64,000 nt of DNA, taken from positions 76,513-140,512 of the forward strand of contig DATGIT010000010.1 in assembly GCA_035295545.1 (NCBI GenBank), read 5' to 3'. Positions 46,223-56,114 of this stretch are shown here, in pieces (position 1 is the first letter of the stretch; each line of letters begins with the position of its first letter). This stretch comes from Candidatus Binataceae bacterium. GTDB taxonomy: Bacteria > Desulfobacterota > Binatia > Binatales > Binataceae. The notes beneath the pieces are model-generated. The model searched no databases and had not been told where the DNA came from. It saw only the letters and a program-made list of their open reading frames with translations. The position numbers and the translations under genes were made by a program.

Positions 46223-47676
46223 GATCGCCTCGCGCGACCGGCGCATTCGCGGCGCGGCCGCCGATGCGGCGCGCCGCGCTGATCTTCTGTTCGCTGCTGC
46301 TCGGTCTGCTGACACTTGCCCGTGCTGACGATCGCGAACGGCCGGGCGCGAGGCTGAGGTCGCGCGCGTCCGCAAGCGCCGCCGCAGCGGCGCTCTCGAC
46401 GCCTGCGCCGGGGACGGCCGAAAATGCACCCGCGGGGACCTGGGTATGCCTGCTCAGGATCAACGGCTCGATAAATCCGGCGGTTGCCGGCTTCATCGAG
46501 CACGGAATCGAGTACGCCGAGGCGCGCGGCGCGGGCGCGGTCGTGATCGAGCTGGACACGCCCGGCGGCCTGCTCGGCACGGCACAGCGCATCGTCAAGG
46601 ATCTGCTCAACGCTCCGGTCGCGACGATCGTTTACGTTTTTCCCTCGGGCGCGAGCGCGGCGTCGGCGGGCACGTTCGTCACCGAGGCGGCGGCGATCGC
46701 CGCGATGGCGCCGGGAACGACGATTGGCGCAGCGCATCCGGTGGGCGAGGCCGGCACCGAGATCAAGGGCGCGGTCGGTCAGAAGATCGAAAACTTCACC
46801 GCCTCGTTTGCCGGGAGCGTCGCGCGCCAGCGCGGCCGCAATCAGCAGTGGGTCGAGCAGGCAGTGCGTCAGAGCGCGGCGATCGGCGAAGCCGAGGCGC
46901 TCAGGCGCGGCGTGATCGATATCGTCGCGCCCGACCTGCCGAACCTGCTCGTGCAGGCCTCGGGGCGCGAGGTCAGGCTGGGCGGCGGGCGCGGGACGGT
47001 CAAGCTCAATCTCGCCGGCGCTGCGGTCCGCCGCCTGCGGATGACGCCGGGTCAGGCGCTGCTCAACGTGCTCGCCGACCCCAACGTGGTGTACCTGCTG
47101 ATGCTCGCGGGCATCGTCGGCATCTACTTCGAGTTCGGCCATCCCGGGTTCTATCTGCCGGGCGTGGCGGGGGCGATATGTCTGCTGCTCGCGCTGGCCT
47201 CGTTCGAGCTTCTGCCGATCAATCTCGCCGGGTTCCTGCTGCTGGTGCTCGGAATCGCGATGCTGATCGCGGAGGTGTTCATAACCAGCTTCGGCGTGCT
47301 CGGCATCGGCGGCGTGATCGCGTTTGTGATCGGATCGCTGTTTCTATTCGACAGCGCCGAGACCAATCTCGAGGTGAATCGCGGTATGATTGCCGGGGCG
47401 GCGGTGGCGATGAGCGCGGTCATCCTCGGCCTGGGCTGGGTCATCTTGCGTGAACGGCGGCGGCGACCCACCACCGGCCGCGAGGGCCTGGTCGGAGAAA
47501 TCGGCGAGGTGCGCGAGGCAATCGCGCCGGGCGCGCCCGGCCGCGTCTTCGTCCATGGCGAGCACTGGCGCGCAGTGAGCCGCGAGCGGCTCGAGGTCGG
47601 AGCGCGGGCGCGCATAGTGGCGGTGCGCGGGCTGGAAATCGAAGTATGCGCCGACAAACAGCGCGCGGCACAATGA
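46219..47676 (+). CDS. NfeD-like membrane-bound serine protease (ClpP-class) with C-terminal OB domain
   Basis: ATGA overlap with the UDG stop. Signal/TM segment, ClpP-like domain (GPINPAVAGFIEHGIEYA...), membrane helices, and C-terminal NfeD beta-domain. Alternative start at 46264. Confidence 0.75.
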   Translation: MRSPRATGAFAARPPMRRAALIFCSLLLGLLTLARADDRERPGARLRSRASASAAAAALSTPAPGTAENAPAGTWVCLLRINGSINPAVAGFIEHGIEYAEARGAGAVVIELDTPGGLLGTAQRIVKDLLNAPVATIVYVFPSGASAASAGTFVTEAAAIAAMAPGTTIGAAHPVGEAGTEIKGAVGQKIENFTASFAGSVARQRGRNQQWVEQAVRQSAAIGEAEALRRGVIDIVAPDLPNLLVQASGREVRLGGGRGTVKLNLAGAAVRRLRMTPGQALLNVLADPNVVYLLMLAGIVGIYFEFGHPGFYLPGVAGAICLLLALASFELLPINLAGFLLLVLGIAMLIAEVFITSFGVLGIGGVIAFVIGSLFLFDSAETNLEVNRGMIAGAAVAMSAVILGLGWVILRERRRRPTTGREGLVGEIGEVREAIAPGAPGRVFVHGEHWRAVSRERLEVGARARIVAVRGLEIEVCADKQRAAQ

Positions 47677-47697
47677 CGCGCGGGGGGGGGAGAACGC

Positions 47698-48483
47698 ATG
47701 GGACCGGCATTGGGAATAATCATCGTGATCGGCGTCGCCATCCTGCTCAGCGGGCTCAAAATTCTGAACGAGTACGAGCGCGCGGTGGTCTTCCGGCTCG
47801 GCCGGCTGACGCCGTTTCGCGGGCCGGGCGTGATCTTCGTCATTCCGGTCCTCGAGCGCTCGGTGCGGATCGACCTGCGCACGGTCACGCTCGACGTTCC
47901 GCCGCAGGACGTGATCACGCGCGACAACGTGACCATCAAGGTAAGCGCGGTCCTGTACTTCCGCGTGCTCGACCCGTCGCGCGCGGTGACCGAGGTCGCC
48001 AACTACCTGTTCGCCACCAGCCAGCTCGCTCAGACCACGCTGCGCTCGGTCGGCGGGCAGACCGAACTCGACGAGTTGCTGGGCCAGCGCGACAAGCTCA
48101 ACGCGCGCATCCAGGAGATCGTTGACGCCCAGACCGAGCCGTGGGGCGTCAAGGTCACGCTGGTCGAACTCAAGAACATCGACCTGCCGCAGGATATGCA
48201 GCGCGCGATCGCGATCCAGGCCGAGGCCGAACGCGAGCGGCGGGCCAAGATAATCGCGGCCGAGGGCGAGTTCCAGGCCGCGCAGCGCCTGGCCGAGGCG
48301 GCGGAAATAATGAACAAGAGCCCGGTGACGCTTCAGCTGCGCTACCTGCAGACGCTCAAGGAAATTGCGGCCGAAAACAATTCGACCACCATCTTTCCCG
48401 TGCCGATCGATCTGTTCGAGCCGTTCTACAATATGCGCCGCGCCAGCGGCGGCTCCGAGGGCGGCGGCACGAGCAAGAGCTGA
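47698..48483 (+). CDS. SPFH/band-7 (stomatin-like) protein
   Basis: N-terminal TM anchor and SPFH domain ([13 protein letters not shown]...). Canonical NfeD-stomatin operon partner. Confidence 0.85.
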   Translation: MGPALGIIIVIGVAILLSGLKILNEYERAVVFRLGRLTPFRGPGVIFVIPVLERSVRIDLRTVTLDVPPQDVITRDNVTIKVSAVLYFRVLDPSRAVTEVANYLFATSQLAQTTLRSVGGQTELDELLGQRDKLNARIQEIVDAQTEPWGVKVTLVELKNIDLPQDMQRAIAIQAEAERERRAKIIAAEGEFQAAQRLAEAAEIMNKSPVTLQLRYLQTLKEIAAENNSTTIFPVPIDLFEPFYNMRRASGGSEGGGTSKS

Positions 48484-48518
48484 GCGCGGACCGGGGAAAA
48501 GCCCCGAAGACCGCCTGA

Positions 48519-49109
48519 TTGCAAGATTCCACGATGGGCAAGCTGATCCTGGTTCGCCACGGCGAGAGCGAGGGCAATCGCGATCGCCGCTTCACCACCA
48601 CGCCCGACGCGCCGCTGACCGACCTGGGACGCGAACAGGCGGCGCAGGCCGCGCGGCGCATCGCGCGCCGGTTCCATCCGCGCCTGGTCATCACCAGCCC
48701 CTACGCCCGCGCGCGCGAGACGGGCGAGATAATCGCCGCGGCGCTGCGCTTGCCGGTCGAGGTCGAGCCGGGGCTGTACGAACGGCACTTCGGCTATTTG
48801 CGCGGGCAGCCGTACGACGCGGTGCGTGACGATCCGACGTTCGAGACCGAGAAGGCGTGGCTGTGGCGCCCCCAGGGCGGCGAAAGTTACGAGGACGTGC
48901 GGGTGCGCGTCGCACCGATCCTCGAGCGCCTCGCCGACCGCGCGGGCGAGGACGAGCTTGTCGTGGTCAGCCATGGCGGCGTGATGCTCACGATGTGGGC
49001 GCATCTGGCGGGCCATTGGGAGGACGCGCATGTGCCGCTCAATTGCGGCATCGTGCTGGTCGAACATCAGGGCGGCAGCTTCAGGCCGCCGCGGATAATC
49101 GAAGACTGA
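48519..49109 (+). CDS. Histidine phosphatase family protein (phosphoglycerate mutase-like)
   Basis: RHGESEGN catalytic motif at the N-terminus. 196 aa. Confidence 0.75.
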   Translation: MQDSTMGKLILVRHGESEGNRDRRFTTTPDAPLTDLGREQAAQAARRIARRFHPRLVITSPYARARETGEIIAAALRLPVEVEPGLYERHFGYLRGQPYDAVRDDPTFETEKAWLWRPQGGESYEDVRVRVAPILERLADRAGEDELVVVSHGGVMLTMWAHLAGHWEDAHVPLNCGIVLVEHQGGSFRPPRIIED

Positions 49110-49196
49110 ACGCCTGCGCGCGGCCAATTCGTCTCGTTTCGATGCCGTGGCGCGCGCGATACGCCGCGAGCAAGTACCAGGCGCATCCCGGCCGCA

Positions 49197-49898
49197 TCAT
49201 GGCGCGAGCAGGGCCGCGAGTGTCGGCGTCGCGGGCGCGTCCTCGAGCTCGGCCCAGGGGCCCTCCTGCACGATGCGGCCGTCCTCGATCGCCGCCGCGC
49301 GGGGGCACAGACGCTCGAGAATCTGATTGCGGTGATCGACGGCGATCAAGGTAAAGCCGAGTTCAGCCTGCCATTTCAAAATCGCATCCACGAGATCGTG
49401 GATGGCGGGATGGTCGAGCGCGGTGAACGGCTCATCGAGCAACACCAGCGGCGGCCGGCGCGCGAGCATCCGGGCGAGCGCGACTTTCCGCGCCTGGCCG
49501 CCTGAAACCTCTCGCGCGCGCTCGTTCCACAGCGGTCCGAGCGCGAGGCGCTCCTTGAGTTCCTCGAGCCATGGTCCCGCGCCATTGGTCTCGTGTCCAC
49601 GCAGACCGAAAGTGACGTTCGCGCCCACGCTCAGATGCGGGAACAACCAGTCGTTCTGAGTCAGATAGGCGATCGGCCGCCGATGGAGCGGCAGGTTCGG
49701 CGGGTACAGGATCGTGTCGCCGAGCCGAATCCGCCCGGCGTCGGGACCCTCGATTCCGGCCAGGCACGACAGCACAGTGCTTTTGCCGGCTCCCGACGCG
49801 CCGAACAGCGCCAGGCGCTGACCCTGTTCCAGCCGAAGCTCCACGTCGAGGCGGAACCTTCGGCGCGCCTTGACGATGTGCGCCTCAAGCGTGGGCAT
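49197..49898 (-). CDS. ABC transporter ATP-binding protein (molybdate/tungstate/sulfate type)
   Basis: Walker A (GASGAGKST), signature LSGGQ, Walker B (LLDEPF). Confidence 0.8.
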   Translation of the reverse strand: MPTLEAHIVKARRRFRLDVELRLEQGQRLALFGASGAGKSTVLSCLAGIEGPDAGRIRLGDTILYPPNLPLHRRPIAYLTQNDWLFPHLSVGANVTFGLRGHETNGAGPWLEELKERLALGPLWNERAREVSGGQARKVALARMLARRPPLVLLDEPFTALDHPAIHDLVDAILKWQAELGFTLIAVDHRNQILERLCPRAAAIEDGRIVQEGPWAELEDAPATPTLAALLAP

Positions 49899-50673
49899 CG
49901 GAGCCTCGCCTTTGCGCCAGCAGGTGGATAGCCCATGGCAGCGGCAGCGCGATCAGCAGGAAGATCAGCAGCAGCGGCATTACCGCGGACATCCCGGCGT
50001 CCTGGAGATTGATCCAGATCTGCACCGGCATCCCGCTCGGATAGTAAGAAGTGACCACGATCGCCCCGAACTCGCCCAGCGCGCGCACCCAGGCGAGACT
50101 CACCGCCGCCGCGAAGCCGAGGCGCGCGAGCGGAAATGTGATGCGCCGGAAAACCTGCCATGGCCGCAGCCCGAGCAGCGCTGCCGTCCGCTCCAGGTCG
50201 ATGGGGACGCCGGCGATGGCGGCGCGCGCGGCCACGATGTAATAGCCGACGCTCACGTAGAACTGGGTCGCGACGAAAGCGATCGGGCTGTTGCTGGTCG
50301 GCAGTCCCAGGCGCAGCAGCCACGCTCCGGGCTCCATCGAGGGGCCGAACGCCAGCGACAGCAGAATCCCGAGCGCAAGCGGCGGCATCAGCACCGAAAT
50401 CAGCACCGCCGCCTCCCACAGGATCGTGTCCCGGCCCGAAGCGCGCGACAGGTACCACGCGACCGGCGTACCCACGATGACGTCGAGCACCAGCGCGATA
50501 CCCGTCAGCACCAGCGAAACATCGACCGCCGACATCGTCGAGCCAGGGATGCTCCCGTCCCAACGCCAATGGCCCACCGGCGCGCCAAGGCCGACGAGCG
50601 GATAGAGCAATGCCAGCGTGAACGCCAGCATGCCGATTCGGGGCCAGTAACGCGAACCACTAAATGAATGCAC
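49885..50673 (-). CDS. ABC transporter permease (ModB/CysTW-like)
   Basis: Six TM helices with an EAA-like loop. Overlaps the ATPase gene by 14 nt. Confidence 0.75.
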   Translation of the reverse strand: MHSFSGSRYWPRIGMLAFTLALLYPLVGLGAPVGHWRWDGSIPGSTMSAVDVSLVLTGIALVLDVIVGTPVAWYLSRASGRDTILWEAAVLISVLMPPLALGILLSLAFGPSMEPGAWLLRLGLPTSNSPIAFVATQFYVSVGYYIVAARAAIAGVPIDLERTAALLGLRPWQVFRRITFPLARLGFAAAVSLAWVRALGEFGAIVVTSYYPSGMPVQIWINLQDAGMSAVMPLLLIFLLIALPLPWAIHLLAQRRGSDAHA

Positions 50674-50684
50674 GAAAGCGTACC

Positions 50685-51611
50685 TTACGGCATTAGCGGC
50701 ACAGCGTCGCCGGGGGTATCGTAGCGGTATTGCGTGAGAATCCGCTTCGCCGGCACGCTGTTGAGCCAGCCGAGAAATCGTTTTGCCAGCGCCGGATGGG
50801 GCGCGTCGTTCAGCACCGCGGCATAAAACACCAGCGGAGAAGGGCGGCGCGCCTTGCCGTTGAGCGTTACGCTCGCCCGCCGGTACTGCTGCGCCATGGT
50901 TGCGTGTCCGAGGTTAATCTCGGCCGGCAACTCGATAAAAGGCAAACCGAGCGCCGATGGCTGGGTCTTGTATGCGGCGGCGGCGTCGAGTTGGCCTGCC
51001 TGCAGCCGCGCCATTAGCTGAGGCTCCTGGAAAATCTGGCTTGGGTTGATGTGTTGCCCGAGGATTTTTTCCGCCAAGTCCGGCTGATGATAGTAAGCCG
51101 ACGCCAGCTGCATCGTGAAGATCACATTCAGCCCCAGTGGATCGGCATTCGGATCGGTTCGGCCGAAGCGGAACCCGGAACTCTGCAGAATCCGCCACCA
51201 CGGCGCCGCGCCCGCGCTGCCGGCCTTGCCGAGCGCTGCCGCGTATTTGCTCTGCCCACTGTACGCGATCACCATCTCCGTGCGTGCGATCGGATCGGCG
51301 CGCATCGCCTTGCGCGCCGCAAGCACGATGCGCATCGGCTCGGGCGTGACCGCGATGAACACGTCGGGCCGGATGCTGCCGGCGACGATCAGGTTGGCCA
51401 GGCCGGTCGAGCCCTGGGCGCGGCCGCGCAGTTCGGCACCGAGCGCTTTCGCGATCTCGGGACGGATCCCGCCGTCCATCATCGAGCCCATCGAACCCGC
51501 GTACGCGACCTCGAGCGGCGTGAGCGAATCCGCGCCGCCGATCCGCGCGATAAGCAGCAGCAGGGCCGCGGCCGCAACGGCGACGGACCCGCGCCGAAAC
51601 CTGGTCGTCAT
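50685..51611 (-). CDS. Periplasmic substrate-binding protein (molybdate/tungstate-type, ModA/WtpA-like)
   Basis: Signal peptide. Type II PBP fold. Operon position upstream of the permease and ATPase. Confidence 0.7.
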   Translation of the reverse strand: MTTRFRRGSVAVAAAALLLLIARIGGADSLTPLEVAYAGSMGSMMDGGIRPEIAKALGAELRGRAQGSTGLANLIVAGSIRPDVFIAVTPEPMRIVLAARKAMRADPIARTEMVIAYSGQSKYAAALGKAGSAGAAPWWRILQSSGFRFGRTDPNADPLGLNVIFTMQLASAYYHQPDLAEKILGQHINPSQIFQEPQLMARLQAGQLDAAAAYKTQPSALGLPFIELPAEINLGHATMAQQYRRASVTLNGKARRPSPLVFYAAVLNDAPHPALAKRFLGWLNSVPAKRILTQYRYDTPGDAVPLMP

Positions 51612-51623
51612 CAGCGTCCGCTC

Positions 51624-52589
51624 CTAGAACGGGATGCGTCCGCTGGCGACCACCGCGTGGTTATAGGCGGGATGGTGTGTCGCAGCGATCTGATAACCGG
51701 CACCGCAGGTCAGTCCCACGCGGCCGTGAATCGGGATGCGTCCGACGATCAATCCGGGGGTTATGAAGAGCTGATTCTTGCCGGTATTCTCGCCCAGCGT
51801 GAACCAGGTGTAATTGAATTCGAGCTCCGGCCAGAAATATCTCATTACACGGTATTGGAATGCGGTGTTCCAGCTGAGCGGCATCGAGAGTCGATCCATC
51901 CCGCCGTTTGGAATCGCAACGCCGACGGTGCTCTGAAAGTCGAAATTGCCGAAGCCCTTACCAAACGCGACGGTCGGCGTGTAGATCGTATGGCCGGCGC
52001 TGTTGCCATCGTCGCCGGTCGGCACCGTGAAGCCCATGAAGGCGGTCAGGATGTAGTCGCCGTTGTCCTGGTTGGCGGAAAGGATGCGGTACTTGATGAG
52101 AAACGTTTCATCGGCCCATCCGTCGGTTGCGGGTTTCGGTCCGGGCTTTTTGCCGGGCCTGGGCTTGTGCGGCAGCGCGCCGTTGTGCGCGATCCATCCC
52201 GGGACTCCGAGAATGATCTCGGTGTTCTGAAACGGGATCAACTCGAGGCCTTTGTTCGCGCCGAAGTTATCGAGCGCCTTGCCGTGCGGTTGCGCCTGCC
52301 ACAGCTGGTCGTAACGGAACTCTTCTTCCAGGCGTGGCGTCACGGTTAGCAGCGGCGTCACCCAGTGGGGCTGTTCGCTCTGGATGCGGGTGACGCGTGG
52401 AAACCAGTCAGCGAAATATTGAACCAGCGGATCCATAACCGAAGAGCGAGGGCTGGAGGCCACGGCCGAGGCGCTCGCGGTCGTCTGTGGGTCGGCGAGC
52501 GTGGCAATCGAGCAGCAAAGGAGGAGCGTAAGTGCGGCACCCGCCGCGCGCAGTCGGGATGTTCGGGAGCACACAACGGACATTTTCAT
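51624..52589 (-). CDS. Putative outer-membrane beta-barrel protein
   Basis: Signal peptide. Alternating amphipathic beta-strands with aromatic girdle residues and a C-terminal Phe. First gene of the ABC uptake operon. Confidence 0.45.
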   Translation of the reverse strand: MKMSVVCSRTSRLRAAGAALTLLLCCSIATLADPQTTASASAVASSPRSSVMDPLVQYFADWFPRVTRIQSEQPHWVTPLLTVTPRLEEEFRYDQLWQAQPHGKALDNFGANKGLELIPFQNTEIILGVPGWIAHNGALPHKPRPGKKPGPKPATDGWADETFLIKYRILSANQDNGDYILTAFMGFTVPTGDDGNSAGHTIYTPTVAFGKGFGNFDFQSTVGVAIPNGGMDRLSMPLSWNTAFQYRVMRYFWPELEFNYTWFTLGENTGKNQLFITPGLIVGRIPIHGRVGLTCGAGYQIAATHHPAYNHAVVASGRIPF

Positions 52590-52620
52590 AATCCGGACCT
52601 TATGCCATTATGCGGGCGTC

Positions 52621-53808
52621 ATGACAAGCAATATAGCGAACTCCGCGCTCGCGTCCGAAGTGCGGCGTGCGCGTCTCGCGCGCGGCCTTACCCAGGACGA
52701 GCTTGCCCGGCGTGCCGGCCTCTCGCGCCAGGCCTTGGGCGCGATCGAGGCCGGCCTCTATCAGCCCGGCGTCGGCGCCGCGCTCGCGCTCGCGCGCGAG
52801 CTGGGCGCGAGCGTCGAGGCGCTGTTCGGGCGCGCCGAGCGCGCGCCCGAACTGCTGGAGGTCGACTGGGCCGCCGCCGATGCGCCGGTCGGCGCCGCGG
52901 CGGCGGCCCGGCGGCCCGCGCCGGCTGCCGCGTTGCAGGCGCGCCCCGGCGCAGTTGCGCTCGGGCGCGTCGGCGGACGGCTGGTGGCCCTCGCGCAGCC
53001 GCCCCCGGCGATGCGTCTGGCGGCGGCCGGCGGCGTGCTGCGGCACGCCGCCGGCCGCCGCGCCCGCGTGGCGCCGCTGCGCTCGGCGCAGGAGATTGAC
53101 GCCACGCTGCTGCTTGCCGGATGCGACCCGGCGGTGACGATCCTGGGCGAGTGGATGGTCCGTCATCGCGCGCCCGCGATCCTTGCTCCGATCGCGCAGG
53201 GCAGTGGCCGCGCGTTGGCCGCGCTGGTCGCGGCGCACGTGCATGCGGCGGGTGTGCATTTGTGCGACGGTCGCGGAGGTGAGGACAATCTGGACGCGGT
53301 GCGCCACGCGATCGGCCGGCGGCGCGCGCTGGTGGTCAATTTCGCGCGCTGGGAGTTGGGGCTCGCGGTGAAGCCGCGCAATCCGCTCGGCCTGCGCGGC
53401 ATGGCCGACCTGGCGCGGCACGGATTGCGCATCGTCAATCGCGAGCCCGGTTCGGGGGCGCGCGTCGTGCTCGATCGCGCCTTGGCCGGTCTTGGCGTCG
53501 CGCCTCGTCGGATTGCCGGTTACGATCGCGAATTGAGGGGGCACCTAGAAGTTGCGGCGGCGATCGCCGCAGATGAGGCCGACGCGGGATTGAGCTTGCG
53601 GGTTGCGGCCGAGGCCTGGGGTCTGGGTTTTGTCCGAGTGCGCGAAGAGCGCTATGATCTGGTTATCCTGGAACGCGAGATGGACTCGTCCCCGGTGCGT
53701 GCGATGTTGGACGCGCTGAGTTCTCGCAGCTTTGCCGGCGAAGTGAGTCAGCTCTGCGCCTACGACACCTCGCGCATGGGGCAGATCGTGGCCCGTATCA
53801 ACTCGTAG
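52621..53808 (+). CDS. Transcriptional regulator: XRE-type HTH plus C-terminal PBP-like (PF12727-type) ligand-binding domain
   Basis: ATG at 52621. HTH motif LTQDELARRAGLSRQALGAIEAG. The C-terminal domain resembles ModE-associated PBP-like sensors. Divergent from the ABC operon. Confidence 0.6.
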   Translation: MTSNIANSALASEVRRARLARGLTQDELARRAGLSRQALGAIEAGLYQPGVGAALALARELGASVEALFGRAERAPELLEVDWAAADAPVGAAAAARRPAPAAALQARPGAVALGRVGGRLVALAQPPPAMRLAAAGGVLRHAAGRRARVAPLRSAQEIDATLLLAGCDPAVTILGEWMVRHRAPAILAPIAQGSGRALAALVAAHVHAAGVHLCDGRGGEDNLDAVRHAIGRRRALVVNFARWELGLAVKPRNPLGLRGMADLARHGLRIVNREPGSGARVVLDRALAGLGVAPRRIAGYDRELRGHLEVAAAIAADEADAGLSLRVAAEAWGLGFVRVREERYDLVILEREMDSSPVRAMLDALSSRSFAGEVSQLCAYDTSRMGQIVARINS

Positions 53809-53907
53809 ACCGCCCGTCGCCGAAAGACGAGCGTTCAAGCGGCGGCCCGTCGGACTGACGCGGGCGCAAGTCAGAAAACAGCAATCTAGCGCAAAGGAGT
53901 TTGGACA

Positions 53908-55416
53908 ATGGCAGCATCGACACCGTCAATGGAGAGCGCGAGCCGGGGCATGGTCTCGAGCGCGGCGTTGGACTTCCTCAAGGCCTCGCCCAAAAAATTG
54001 CTGATCGGCGGCAAATGGCTGGCGGCGAAATCGGGCAAGACCTTCGAGACGCTGAATCCGGCGACCGAGGAGGTCCTCGCCCTGGTCGCCGAGGGCGACA
54101 AGGCCGACGTTGACGAGGCGGTCAAGGCCGCGCGCAAGGCGCTGGAAGAGGGCAAATGGTCGACGATGGGGCCTCATCAGCGCGCCCGCTACCTGTTCAA
54201 GGTCGCCGACCTGATCGAGCAGCACGCCGACGAGCTGGCCGAACTCGAGACGCTGGACAACGGCAAGGCCAAAACCCAGGCGCGCGCGATCGACGTGGCC
54301 GGCGCAGCGGAGACCTTCCGCTACTACGCCGGATGGTGCAGCAAGATTTACGGCGAAACCAACCCGTCCGACCCGTCGATGTTCAACTATACGCTCCGCG
54401 AGCCGGTGGGTGTATGCGGACAGATCATCCCGTGGAATTTCCCGCTGTTGATGGCCTCGTGGAAACTCGGTCCCGCGCTCGCCTGCGGCAACACGGTGAT
54501 TCTCAAGCCCGCCGAGCAGACGCCTCTGAGCGCGCTGCGCCTGGGCGAATTAATCCTCGAGGCGGGCCTGCCGGAGGGAGTGGTCAACATCATCACCGGG
54601 TTCGGGCCGGGCGCGGGCAGCTCGATCTCCGAGCATCCGGACATCGACAAGGTCGCGTTCACCGGCTCGGCCGAAGTCGGCAAGATCATCCTTAAGGCGT
54701 CCGCCGGCAATCTCAAGCGCGTGTCGCTCGAGCTCGGAGGCAAATCGCCCAACATCATTTTCCCCGACGCCGACATGGAGCAGGCCGTGCCGGGCTCGAT
54801 GATGGGCGTGTTCTTCAACTCGGGGCAGGTGTGCTGCGCGGGAACGCGGATCTTCGTGCAGAAAGACGTCTATGACAAGTTCAACGACTCGCTGTCGAAG
54901 TTCAGCGCGGGCATGACCATGGGCCCCGGCCTGGATCCCAAGACGATGATGGGTCCGCTCGTGTCCAGAGAGCAGTTTGACAAGGTCAAGAGCTACCTCG
55001 AGCTGGGAAAGAAAGAAGGCGCGCGGATCACCACCGGCGGCGAGACGCTGCCGGGCAAGGGCTATTTCGTCAAGCCGACGGTGTTTGCCGACGTGAACAA
55101 CAGGATGCGCATCGCGCGCGAGGAAATCTTCGGTCCGGTCGCGGCCACTATCCCGTTCAAGGACGAGAACGATGCGGTCCTGCAGGGCAACGACACCGAC
55201 TACGGTTTGGCCGCGGCGGTATGGACCAGCGATGTCGGCCGCGCGCACAAGGTCGCGCGCGCGCTCAAGGCGGGAACGGTCTGGGTCAACTGCTACGGGT
55301 CGATCGATCCGATTTCACCCTTCGGCGGTTACAAGCAATCGGGCTTTGGCCGGGAGCTGGGCAAGTACGCGCTCGAGCTCTATACGCAAATAAAGACGGT
55401 ATACATCAAGCTCTGA
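53908..55416 (+). CDS. NAD(P)-dependent aldehyde dehydrogenase
   Basis: Catalytic Cys motif ([13 protein letters not shown]) and Glu motif (LELGGKSP). 502 aa. Confidence 0.9.
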   Translation: MAASTPSMESASRGMVSSAALDFLKASPKKLLIGGKWLAAKSGKTFETLNPATEEVLALVAEGDKADVDEAVKAARKALEEGKWSTMGPHQRARYLFKVADLIEQHADELAELETLDNGKAKTQARAIDVAGAAETFRYYAGWCSKIYGETNPSDPSMFNYTLREPVGVCGQIIPWNFPLLMASWKLGPALACGNTVILKPAEQTPLSALRLGELILEAGLPEGVVNIITGFGPGAGSSISEHPDIDKVAFTGSAEVGKIILKASAGNLKRVSLELGGKSPNIIFPDADMEQAVPGSMMGVFFNSGQVCCAGTRIFVQKDVYDKFNDSLSKFSAGMTMGPGLDPKTMMGPLVSREQFDKVKSYLELGKKEGARITTGGETLPGKGYFVKPTVFADVNNRMRIAREEIFGPVAATIPFKDENDAVLQGNDTDYGLAAAVWTSDVGRAHKVARALKAGTVWVNCYGSIDPISPFGGYKQSGFGRELGKYALELYTQIKTVYIKL

Positions 55417-55449
55417 TACCGACCGACTGAAAACGGTCGATGTTTGGTC

Positions 55450-55485
55450 GGGGACGCCCTCCAAAGCGGGCGTCCCCGTTTTCTT
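55450..55485 (+). terminator. Rho-independent terminator after the aldehyde dehydrogenase
   Basis: GGGGACGCCC-8nt-GGGCGTCCCC perfect stem followed by GTTTTCTT. Read directly from sequence. Confidence 0.6.
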
Positions 55486-55570
55486 CCGGACTTTACAGAC
55501 CGATCGCGACGATCTATCTAAAAAATCCGGGGGGCGAAGTCGATCGCAGAGCCTGACTAAGAGCAAGCGA

Positions 55571-56077
55571 ATGCCCAGGAAGAAGCTCGCCACTTTTGCC
55601 GCCGGATGTTTTTGGGGTGTCGAGGCCGCGTTTCGCGAATTGGACGGCGTGATCGCGGTTACCTCGGGATACATGGGCGGATGGCTCAGGAACCCGACCT
55701 ACGCGCAGGTCTGCACCGACAGGACAGGGCATGCCGAAGTCGTCCAGGTCGAATACGATCCGGCGATCGTGTCGTACGACCGGCTCCTGGAGCTGTTCTG
55801 GGAGATCCACGACCCGACCACGCTCAATCGCCAGGGGATGGATGTCGGGACGCAGTATCGGTCGGCAATTTTCTACCACGACGCGCGCCAGAAAGTGGTG
55901 GCCGAGGCTTCGCTCAGGCGGCTGGATGAGTCGAGCGAACTCGACGGGCCAATCGTGACCCGGATTGTTCCGGCGTCGGTCTTTTACCGCGCCGAAGAAT
56001 ACCATCAGCGCTACTACGAGCGGATGGGCGTGGCGCCGCATTGCGGAGTGCGCCGCCCGCGCATGGCCGCTGACTGA
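55571..56077 (+). CDS. msrA: Peptide methionine sulfoxide reductase A
   Basis: Active-site GCFWG motif near the N-terminus. 168 aa. Confidence 0.9.
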   Translation: MPRKKLATFAAGCFWGVEAAFRELDGVIAVTSGYMGGWLRNPTYAQVCTDRTGHAEVVQVEYDPAIVSYDRLLELFWEIHDPTTLNRQGMDVGTQYRSAIFYHDARQKVVAEASLRRLDESSELDGPIVTRIVPASVFYRAEEYHQRYYERMGVAPHCGVRRPRMAAD

Positions 56078-56114
56078 GACGCGCGCGCCGCCGCGTTGCC
56101 GGACATCGCGGCGG

